From Trichoplax adhaerens (taxonomy: Eukaryota; Animalia; Placozoa), in assembly GCF_000150275.1 (NCBI RefSeq), contig NW_002060986.1, positions 61,821 through 96,624 on the forward strand: 34,804 bases of DNA. Reading direction: 5' to 3'. Below the pieces are notes generated by a model, which had not been told where the DNA came from, searched no databases, and saw only the letters and a list, made by a program, of their open reading frames with translations. How positions within the stretch are numbered: the first letter of the stretch is position 1; every line of letters starts with the position of its first letter. The position numbers and the translations under genes were made by a program. Shown here one piece after another: positions 1-10,680 of the stretch.

Positions 1-2193
1 TTGTGTAGTCTGCTAGTAGAGCAAAAGTGTTTGTGATAGTGCAGATATCGTTCCTTGATACGTGGTTCAAGGAATTGACTTATTGATCGTATATTGCGTT
101 ATCTTGTTGCAAAGCTGTTTTGTGACAAGTTGCCTACCCTTTTATTATTCGAAGGTATACGAAATATTTTACCGTATCAGTAGCTCCTATCATGAGGTCT
201 AACAGTGTTATATTCAACTGTGCCTCGGATAAATTGCTTCGAAGCATAACATCTGTTAAAAAATCGACTTCATCTTCCTTGGAATTTTCAATTTTCATAG
301 AAGCTAGTTTATTCCTTCTTTCTTGGATGATTTTCAGACCTATGTCATACATAGTATCCCAGTGACTACAGAATTCATTCCAATATCTGGTTTTAATGTA
401 CTTATAATATGGAGGAAAGACAATCAGCGATGAAGTTTTGTATGTCATATCAATAAGAGCTTTATGAAATAATTCACCATCATGGCTCGGCGGTTCTTGA
501 AGGCAACCAATGCGCTTATCGAATAGAATACTTAATATTGCTGTATTAATATGAAGGGTTTAATTAGTAAAATTTTACGCATTTCTAGGAGCATTTTAGT
601 TTAATTTTCTACTTTTGATGGCGCAAAATTCAAAATATGATATTTCTAAATATACATTTAACGGTATGCAATAGAATGCCATATACTCGTAGGCCTAAGG
701 TAAACATTAGCTTCAATTTTTCACTAAGATGCTATAGAATACATGTATTGTACGTAAAGATCATATTAAGGTTATTAGCTAGCTATGATTCATTGAACAA
801 CATCATTTAGGACTAACAACAGTAATGTCTTATTGTAGAATCCTATTCAACATTTTAGTAGAGTTCAACCTACTTTCTAATGACCATCTAAAGGTTTGGC
901 TTTCAAAACCAAGAATTTCATTTTTAACGCCATGTTTGCCTCGTATGCGAAGTAAGTAAGCTATGAAATCATCAATAACCTTATTCATGATCTTACTATA
1001 GCCTTGGACAGCATTTAATTTGAGTAATCTCTTATCGATGGCGCTACGTGTTTCCTTCCATTGCTCATCATTGCTGAAAATAAGAAATTGGAGTCAAATT
1101 AATTCCCAAACAATCTGAATAGAATTTGATATGTAGTAGTTTCTACTGAATGTTCGCGTACACTCATATGTTGTGATTGCTATATTATATATTGCTTAAT
1201 ATGTTGCTCAATTTTGTAAATCCATGAGAGGCATGAGCTTTTATAAAACAACAAACAGATTCTTCCGTATGCTAATAAAATACGGTTTTCTAAGTTGTTC
1301 TCATAAATGTTGTTCACCATATAGCTGTGGTATCAATACGTGAGAAAATCCTAGCTTTATATTACAGTAAAGTTCATATTTAAGCAATGATTCCTCACAT
1401 CTGACTCAATTTTTTGACTTCTTTAAGCCCGAACGTAGCATGACATAAAAATTTAAAGTGAAATCGGGTCATTTCGGCTGATTCATGGATAAGTGTATGC
1501 GATCATACGTAACAGAAACTGCAAACGTGGTATTGATAGTGTGAATGGAAAAAATACTAGTTTGAATATAACGTTGGAATCATTGTGTGATTTGGATACG
1601 GAAAATGATGATTATATCTTTGCACTTGGAAATCTTTGGTCATTATTATCGTGGATGCGATTGGACTTGATGCTTATCGTATAATAAATGATTTTGCAAA
1701 ATTTATAACTGAGTAGTGATGATTTTACTTACGATAACAGTATGCCCAAGGGTAACTTTCTTTCTTCTCGATAATATGACCAAGGAACCATGTCAAATCT
1801 TCGAGGATATTTCCCTTCAGTTCGAAAAGCACATTCAATATCTTTAGGATCGGATAGCATAACTAATTCAAAGCCAGCAAATTTTTTTTTAAAAATGGGC
1901 CCTTGTGATTGAAATAGATGATGAAGCGCTTGGTGTGGCTTGCGAGTTTCGTACTTAAAGTTCAATACTAAGTTTATCATATTTCGAAGCGATGAAACCT
2001 CGGATCCAGGCATGTGCTCAAATGGCTTAATCGCTTGACCGTGCATTGCAGTTGTGTTAGGATCAAGATCAGCTGGTTTCTCGTGCATGACCTTCTTGAC
2101 AGAAGAAGGAATTCCTCTAATATGGAAGCGATGATAATTCCAATTTTGTTTTTGCCGCATATAAACATGTCGAATGAAAGATACGCGTTGCAT
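1..2193 (-). CDS. Mitochondrial-clan cytochrome P450 (CYP11/24/27-like), 5' part; runs off the left edge
   Basis: Exons 2193-1733, 1073-874, 540-173 and probably 9-<1, all GT-AG with consistent phase. Features: Arg-rich N-terminal transit-like peptide; KPFEHMPG and EGKYPRR motifs typical of mito-clan CYPs; C-helix WKETR (WxxxR); FRWSLE-TILSILFDKRIGCL; I-helix MIGATDT|TT. The heme-binding Cys lies outside the window. Confidence 0.9.
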
Positions 2194-3436
2194 TTTTAAA
2201 ATTCCGTTATTTTACTACAATAGGAGTTGAAATTGGGTACAAAGATTCAGTTATTATTCCGTGAGGATGTTGAGTTAAGCAACTACACCAAAGCTATAAT
2301 ACTCTAGGTTGCCCCAAGTGACAATTTGTGGTAGTCTAAGAGTTTTATAAGATACCAATTGGACCGTTAGCTATTTTATTCATCGATGCCTTTGATTAGT
2401 AAGCAATGATCGTCATGATTAAATAACGGTAATTCATTGACCGGCTCGTATAATGAACTGTAGCGGACGGAAATTATCCCTTGTTGTCGTCCAGCAAAAT
2501 CCATACTGTACCTACAAAAATGCCTTACAGTACATCATCTACAATACAGTACTGTAGCACGATGGCCGATTCACCAGATTTCCTACGGTACTGTACTGTA
2601 GACTGTAGACTGTACACTGTACAGTACAGTACAGTACGTAGAAAAGACGTACAGTACGTACTGTAAACTGTAGACTGTACACTGTACAGTACGTACCCTC
2701 GTCCACTGATTAGGGCTTTCAGCCGCTTTCTGTATTGGTTGGACAGGACCGACACCGGTCCCGGACCGGGACCACGACCACCCGGCCATCAATGACAGTA
2801 CTGTAGAGTACAGTACAGTACACTGTACAGTACAGTACAGTACACTGTACAGTACTGTCAATCTGTCATTAATTATGAAAGAAGGACAAGCATAAAATTC
2901 TGCAAATAAATAAATAAATAAAAAAATAGGGAATGGAGCGGTTTTATACTGTGTCTATGTTTTGCCTCTTTTATTGTGACTTAATCCCCAGTTACAGTAC
3001 TAGTACTGCATCCTGTCCATGATGGAGAAAAATCGCCACTGTAACACAGTGACTTGATAGTCCGCACACACCAGTACGAGTTAAAAGGGGACTGAAATTT
3101 TTCCAGTAGGGCAGAGTTGGTTGCAGGCGTATGGTCCAGTCCCGACTGACCGACATGCCCATCGTACCCTAGCGTACTTTACTCAGTCACGAAGTCTACT
3201 TTCAGTCAGTTTGTGTTGTTGGATGTTATTATTGAGGAAAGTCTTGAGGAAATCAGTACCACCGAAAAATCGATTCTCCTTATTGGCAAGTTTGGCTAAT
3301 TTTGATCGTGAGAAAGAATGAATGTGTAACCTTCCAAGTGAGTCATGGTACTGTAGCAGGCAGTTATGTTGCTTTCCATGTCTGATAATTCGATTGATTG
3401 ATTGATCCAATTGGTACGCAGGCCGACAAGTTGATC
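2194..3436. promoter_or_regulatory. Probable bidirectional promoter region between the divergent CYP and Pc genes
   Basis: The ATGs at 2193 (-) and 3437 (+) are head-to-head, about 1.24 kb apart. The interval has a GC-rich core at ~2740-2790, an inverted CCAAT (ATTGG, ~2734) and flanking TACAGTA arrays. Confidence 0.55.
2503..2860. repeat. Low-complexity palindromic TACAG/CTGTA (TACAGTA/TACTGTA) array
   Basis: Many tandem and inverted copies of GTACA, TACAGTA, CTGTAGA and ACTGTACAGT at 2503-2697 and 2793-2860. Confidence 0.9.
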
Positions 3437-6400
3437 ATGGATAATTCGACAGTGAGTCAACAATTAGAAGATGATGTCTATGAAGCGGAACAGATCTTAA
3501 AACGACGAACTCGAAAGGTGAGCATTCAATTGGATGGTGTAACTCCTGCTAGAAAAATTGCATGCTATCGATTGTAGTTGGAAGTGGATGGAGACTTCTT
3601 GCCTCATGCTTGTAGTTTGAAACTGGATGATAGTCAATACAACGTTGATTCATTCATTGGTCAACTTGACTACGTAGTACAGGAATACAGTACAAGATTA
3701 CTGCTAATAAATATCATACGATTATCGCTGGATGGTCAGTAAAAGGATCTCACCATAGACGAAAAAAGTTAAACTTCCATTTCTTGTATCAAACCAGAAT
3801 TAATGTTTGAAGAAGGGTGTTGCTAAATGAGGAGTGCCATCACTAATAATTCAAATGTCAATGGATATGGTTTGATGAGAGGGCAGAAAAAATAAAAATA
3901 TTTCCCCCCCCCCCCCCCCCTAATCATCTCAACTGCAATCTCCCGCCGTTGCTTAATCCTAACGTCGTAACAGTATAGTGTTTTGTTATCAATAATTTTT
4001 TTTTCACTCGCCCTCTTTCTCTTACTATTAGATAGTATTCATTCGCTATTGTATGATATTCAGCTCTTGTATGGACATTGTTTAAGACATGGTTATCTAT
4101 CATTTCGTCATGACAAGATCGACAACGAGAAGCCTAGAACTGCTAACGAGAAACGATCAATGGGTGATTCCAAATTGGAAATGGGCTGCAAAATTCAGGC
4201 GCCAGATCACGCTATCAGATCGCGCCGTTTCTACTCTAAAACGTGCAAATACTGCCTCTCGTTTGCAGTGGTAGTGATGTTGTCGATAAGTTTCAAGTTA
4301 GGCTAATACATTTAGCAATAGTTACCAATAGCATCAGTAAGGTATGGATGGATAAGGCATCATGAGAAGTGATGAATTGAGGTCACAACTTGACTGCTAG
4401 CACCGGATCAATTTCGCGCACAATGCGTGCCAGCTAGCACCCTGTTAATCACTCAACTTTTGTATCAATGTGTAGACCTTGACACTTTTATGAATTGCTT
4501 AATGCCTAAAAATGTGGATCATGATCCAAACTATCAAATCTCATGATACGCAATGACCACCACGTGAACAACAAATCAAATCAGTGATGATGTGAAAGCA
4601 ATATGTATTTTTTTTTCCGATTGTTCGCCTTGTACGTTCTACTAGCCGCTCGTTTGGTGCTCGTCGTAGAGACTGTTTTTCAATTAGCACGGCTTATGGA
4701 TGGTGCTGTTGATCGCCTTAAGATAAACATTGTTAGACAGGATTGCAAAAAATGGCCTTGAGTTATTTACCAATAGAACAACTATACCCTTATCAACTAG
4801 TAGAAACTAGTAACTAACCCCATCAAGTAAAGACAAAAGTAATAAAGTAGGATAAAATGGGGCTGTTCTCTGTTTCAATTTATTTCCTGTGATTATTATG
4901 AACTGTGAAAATGTTTACATTATTCGGCTATACTGCAATCTGGATCACATTGACTACAAGTTTTAAGCGCTTCTCTTGGCGATATCCTCAGATACATCAC
5001 ATTTTCTTTCAATGGCTTATTAGCTTGCTGCTAAAACACTCCAACATCTACCACTGTATACTGTAATCAGCCTTTATTGACATTAATCACATTAAATAGA
5101 CATGGAACCATAGTATTGAAAGACTAATGCATTTGCGATGGAATAAATTGCTGATGAGGGATAGCGCTAATTATTTTACGATGGAACTAATTCCCTTGCC
5201 TACGTTAGAAATTCTTTTGTATCCTATGCTGCATAGTTTTCCATGTTACCGACACCATACGTCCTATCGCTAATTACTTGAGGGTAATACATTATGCATG
5301 ATTACCACAAAGATTGAGAAATTGAAATCGAGTCAAAATTGATATTGCCATTACTCAATCGTTACTGATTAAATAGATGGATTATTATTTAAAGTGGCTT
5401 CATGATGTACTGTATTATTACATAGTAATATCAATTGTACGGTATGACTATAGAATGATACGCTTTCAAATTTTGTTATCATAGTCTAAACGCAATCTCT
5501 CTCCATGTTTTTGCATCTCCAGTACATCTTGATGCCAATTGTTAGTTTATTAATTTATTCCAGGGTGTCAGACTTAGTTATCTGTGTTAGTTTTTCAATT
5601 AGTAGTTTTTTTTACATTATTTAGAATACAACTTCTTGATTGTAGTTTGCATCGATGGTTTCTCACATATACGTATGAATTTTAACGTTAACAATCCGTT
5701 AATGATAAAGTAATACTGATAATTAATTAATAAACCATCAGCCAAACTGGCGAAGGAGAGGTTTCGCTCATTATTTCTATTCAGCGATTTTATCTTTTGA
5801 TATTTATGAAATCATCAATGGTTACTCGAAAGGTTTTTATGACGGCACAATGAAGTCTTAGAAAAGTTAAAAAAAATGCATTATCTTTTTCTTCTGTCCT
5901 TCTATTACGTCGTGGTTGCCGTGTAGACAACTAAGGCTAGTCAATTTATCGGATATTGGATTAAATAAGCCATAATAATATTAGGGCTGTCAAAGTCGAT
6001 AAGGAGGGATTGGCAATATTATATAGTATTACTGGCTAATTAACACCTCTAGTTATGACTGGCATGAATTGTTATCTATTACGCTTTTTATGCAGATATC
6101 ATTCTAAAATACCTGTTTGCAATGTATTGACTTGTGTTCTTTCAATTATTTTCCAGGGTATCATAGAGTATTTAGTAAAATGGAAAGGTTGGTCACCAAA
6201 GTAAGTCTATTTTCGGATTTTTATGATTTATAACTTAATTTTCTCAAAGGAATATTACATCATTTGTTTGCAGTATAGTTTTTTATGCAGGAGGCTAATG
6301 TTTTTGCTATTACTCTTGCATTGGTGCTGAAGATTTTCAATATTGATTTCTTTTATCGTATGATAATAGTTGAACGCTGTTGAATCATGCGAGTTGATTG

Positions 6401-9112
6401 ATTAATCACCACTTAAGCGCAGAATGTGATGAAATACAGTACTTCTCTTTCATTCTTCAAGTCTGTTTGAGCTAGGTCTATTATATCGATTATTAGCAAT
6501 GACAAGTACTGTATATGTCAACTAGTGTAGCGCGGCGAATATAGCAGGAAAAAATTCTGGTCTAGATTCTATCCTGTACACGATGCTTACAATTGACTGT
6601 ACTGTAAATGATAGCAATACTTCGCTGCTTGAAGGTAGAAGCTAGTAATCGCAATTTTAGGATTAAAGCTTTCTCGACACATGGTCGTGTTGATGGCTAT
6701 TAAATCGAATCTAGTGCAACGCTAATACATATACGTGCATTAGATAAATAATTTGTCCGACTTTCAGATGTAGTGATTTCAATCTATGTTTAATCTTTTT
6801 AAGACATAATACTTGGGAACCGGAGTGGAATATTTTGGACAAGAGATTACTGGAAAGTTTTGAAAGGAAACTGTAAGTGCTGCTATGGTTATAATGACGA
6901 TGACGATTTATTGAATGCATTATATGATAAGCACTATTTTTAGTGGCATAGAATAAGATTCCAATTCTATTGCAATCTCCTCAAAGACCTTTCTAGAGTA
7001 GTACTGTAGGTCACAGCTTGATTAGTATTACAATACAGTTTATCTCGTAGTTCGTCAGTAAATATCAAAATGGGAGTCCAATCTTACTAATCTGTTTAGT
7101 ATATTGTATGTTATATCGTACTTATTTATTTATATACGCGTAAATATTAGCTACACTATACCCTCACTGGCCTCACATCACGCTGTGCAAAGTGATCCGA
7201 TTGTCATAGCGTAGGTATTCGCAAGCTATTCAAACTACAGAGTAGCATACCAGCATGTTTGTAAATGCCAGTGGTAATACGTGGACGATTAGAGGCGTAG
7301 CATACTATTCCCTTAAAAGTTACGTATTAGTATACTTCTACATTGTGCTTCTTTATAATAATATGGTAATATAGGAATGTTAATTGAACTTAATCAATAC
7401 AAACAAACTACCCATGGGTTAGTATTTACCTTTGCAGTTAAGATAGTTGTAAAAACTAAATTAGGTTGAGAATTGCTAACCATCTAGAAAGCACAATAGT
7501 TGATTGCGCATTCTATATGTGATTTGTTTACAGTTGTTTTTAGGTAACCATAATTACGCATTAATGATTAAGAATTTAAAATTTTTTAATTTTTTCAATT
7601 AGCGAGTATCCGCTATGCTACTTTGTTGATATCGACTGTTTCCTCTTGTGATAACAGCTTAATTTGCAGCAAAGTACTTCTGAGAAATCGTTTATATGAT
7701 AACCAGCACAGAGCGAAATTGAACTTTACTTATTCCTTTCTTTTGTTCAAAATTTTTTCGATTAGCGAGTATCCGCTATGCTACTTTGTTGATATCGACG
7801 GTTTCCTCTTGTGATAACAGCTTAATTTGCCGCAAAGTACTTATGAGAAATCGTTTATAAGATAATCAGCTCAGAGCGAAATTGAACTTTTCTTATACCT
7901 TACTTTTGTTAAAATTGTCTATGCAGTTAACAGTTTTCAATTGATCGACGTTAGTTGTAACTTAGATCATTTTGATCGTGATTTTCCAATGAAAATATAA
8001 AATTATGTCTATTCTAGTAGTGATCGTATTTGAACGTTTTATTGGCCAAAAATAAAGTCTAAAATTTGTAACAAAACTTTCAGGCAAAAATTGAAAATTA
8101 ATCCTAATATGAGAAAAATGACTTCGGAGAAACATAAAAAATTGAAATCGAGATCGGTAAGTCGGTATCTGCACCTATTGTTACTTAGATTTCTCCATAA
8201 ATGCATTGTACCTGCTATCGATAAAATGAGTTGTGTCTGCATATCATCCCTTAGTATTAGTTCATTTAGCACGAATGTAAGAATACATCATATCTAAGAC
8301 TGATGCACAAAGTATTTATAGTTCACTGTATACGTATATTTGGGCGATATATCATTAATCTTGAAGTTACGTTAACCAATGTGAGTAATTATAGTCGTAT
8401 CGACAACGTTGCTTTGCATACTCTTAAGATCGGTTGTAAATCGCCGATTGTTTCGTTCTCGCCCAGAAATGTAATATTTACAAATTCTTTTCTATTGAAC
8501 AATGTTATTGCATGACATAACATTGGTGTTAGAATTTTAAGAACATTGTTGTAGAAGGACTCACTTTTAAAAATGAAAGTCTAATATAGACTATAGGGAT
8601 TTGAATAGCACGGCTTAATGGGATAGTAATCGACTGAGTTTAGAATTGTCTAATTATTTCATGATGGTAGTCATAGATAGAAGATGGATAATCGATTTTC
8701 ACTTTCTGAATAGGTAAGTCGTCATGATCTCATACATGAATCATTGGGTAACAATCCTACAAGTAATAACCTTGCTAAAGTTGGTTGCAGTCATTCAATA
8801 AACAAATCAGACAATCATCATGATGACGAAAGAGAATTGCTGGAATTAGCGGAGGAGACTATCGACGATACCAGCGTTAATAGCGATATTGGTGGTAAAA
8901 GCGAAGCATCTCTTGATTCTGTTGGATCGAGCGGTTATAGACCTGCTAACTCTGTCAGCAGTTATGGTGATAGTGGAAGCTACTGGAACGAAAACTCCAC
9001 TTTAGATAAAGTTTGTGTTACTGATGTAACCGCTAATATGGTTACCGTTACAGTTAGAGAATGCTATACTGATAAAGGATTTTTTCGAGATCGTAACGAG
9101 TCTGGTTCTTAA
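3437..9112 (+). CDS. Pc: Polycomb (Pc)/CBX2-4-6-7-8 family chromobox protein, canonical PRC1 subunit, 221 aa
   Basis: Exons 3437-3517, 6157-6200, 6804-6872, 8084-8156 and 8714-9112 total 666 nt in frame. Chromodomain: [48 protein letters not shown]. C-terminal Pc box: YWNENSTLDKVCVTDVTANMVTVTVRECYTDKGFF. Confidence 0.93.
3904..3920. repeat. C17 homopolymer in Pc intron 1 (G17 on the minus strand)
   Basis: Directly visible run of 17 C. Confidence 0.9.
7588..7916. repeat. Two-copy ~163-bp tandem duplication in Pc intron 3
   Basis: ATTAGCGAGTATCCGCTATGCTACTTTGTTGATATCGAC... occurs at 7598 and 7761 and stays highly similar through the unit. Confidence 0.92.
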
Positions 9113-9719
9113 TAGCTGCAACTATATCTACGTATGCACAAGAGTAATTGATGACATCCTATCCTTATATCAGCGCCGAATTACATCATATGATTTTGCA
9201 TTGAATTACTTTTCCTTAGTATTGTATACAAATGCTCGTTTGACGAGGTCCTATCATCTTTACTCAGGAACATATAACAGCTTTTATTGTTTAATTATAA
9301 TGCTCCATATGCCAAATGATGTCGATAACATGTATATATATCTATCTATATGTACGTGTATATATATATATTGTTGGAAAAGGTTACCACCATATAATTA
9401 TATTTTACACTGATTGATTGTTTGGGAAGGATTAGATGAATTATAGCAGAGACTTTATTAATTGATTATCATTATTTAATGTAAAGTAGCGTTAAGTTTA
9501 TTACATTACATTATCGTCTTCGAGATTCTAAGAATGCTATGTAATTGGTTATTTAATAGATGCAGCTAAAAGCTTGTTTACTGTAATCAGAATAGATCAA
9601 ATACAACTAAGAGGTGTTTGATTATGCTATTAGAATTTATTGTTGGAACACCGTGGACTGGTATCTTTCTACTATTTCAACATCAGAAGGGATTTTGTTT
9701 CGTTTGGCAATTGGATGTG

Positions 9720-10650
9720 TTGAAATGGTGAAGAAATGATCCCAATCGCTTTTACAGTATTCATTTTGTCTATCTCAACTTCTGCAAGTCGTATATAAAC
9801 AGTAGTATTTGCCACAGGCTTTATTGATGCACTTTTGTACATATGAAGAGACGTTTTAGCTATGCATCCATGAATTATGACTGAAAGTATGATAGTTTTG
9901 GAGTAGCATTTCTCGATTAGGATTATTGTACTTCCATGCTAAAATTGTTTTGGCAAAATATTTGTATCATAATGAGGCGATACAATGTCCGGTATGAGAA
10001 TCTGCAGTAACATGTAGCATTTTCTTTTAACAGTTAACTATCAATGATCGACGTATTGGTTCCCTATCAGTTGCTCTGAAATGCAATTTCAATTTCACTC
10101 TAACTGTAATGCTCCTAGAATGACTTACAAATCTACCTTTATTTATATCTGTGTTCTATTGTAATCAACATTGTATATGACAGTGATAGCACTTCTATCT
10201 GTAATTGATAATTAATAAAATCATTGGAGTACTGTGCTACTCGTACAATCATCTCTTGATCTATCTTTGAAGTGTCGTTTGACAATATCCGCAGTAGCAA
10301 TCCTGTCAATATGGCTGATGCCATTGAAGCAAATACGCGTGTACTGTAAGTTGTTGTCGTTTCAATCTGTTCTATTGAATCATCAAATTGACCGTAGACG
10401 TATGAATAAGAACGATTTAGGTTACTGTATCGATAAAAATGGATTCTAATTTTTGCATCTGAATTTCCACCCGATACATTTTGTCCAAAGTCATTTCGTT
10501 GTCAATGGAAATGAATCCGATACGTACAGCACTGTCCAATATCGTGATATTGTGCTTCTGTACTGCACTGTATGATCCTTTTCCAATCCGATGAATCAGC
10601 AGATATTGTACTGTACAGTATTCTATGCGAGCACTTTTTACGAAATCCGG
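9720..10650 (-). pseudogene. Decayed SIK/MARK-type (AMPK-related) Ser/Thr kinase pseudogene with UBA remnant
   Basis: Collinear minus-strand fragments: SARIEY..YLLIHRIGKGSYSAVQKHNITILDSAVR..DNEMTLDKMYRVEIQMQKL (~10640-10445; Gly-loop to helix C); IETTTTYSTRVFAS/NG (~10367-10320); QI.SAI..CH..IEHR (~10200-10148); TDREPIRRSLIV (~10071-10035); HNSWM (~9865-9879); VEIDKMNTVKAI/DHFFTI (~9780-9722; UBA-like). Interrupted by frameshifts, deletions and stops; the catalytic Lys reads Arg. Confidence 0.65.
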
Positions 10651-10680
10651 TCAATTTTTTATTATTGGAAACAGTAAGCT

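Noticed and set aside
2481-2861. Overlapping ORFs rich in Y/S/T/V/Q/C
   Set aside because: These are translations of the TACAG simple repeat, with no protein-like features.
3983-4306. 107-aa ORF in Pc intron 1
   Set aside because: Non-ATG start, no recognisable homology, and no convincing splice fit with the chromodomain exons.
9637-9840. Minus-strand Cys-rich frame with an in-frame TGA (possible selenoprotein)
   Set aside because: No SECIS was recognised, and it is better explained as a frameshifted kinase/UBA pseudogene remnant.
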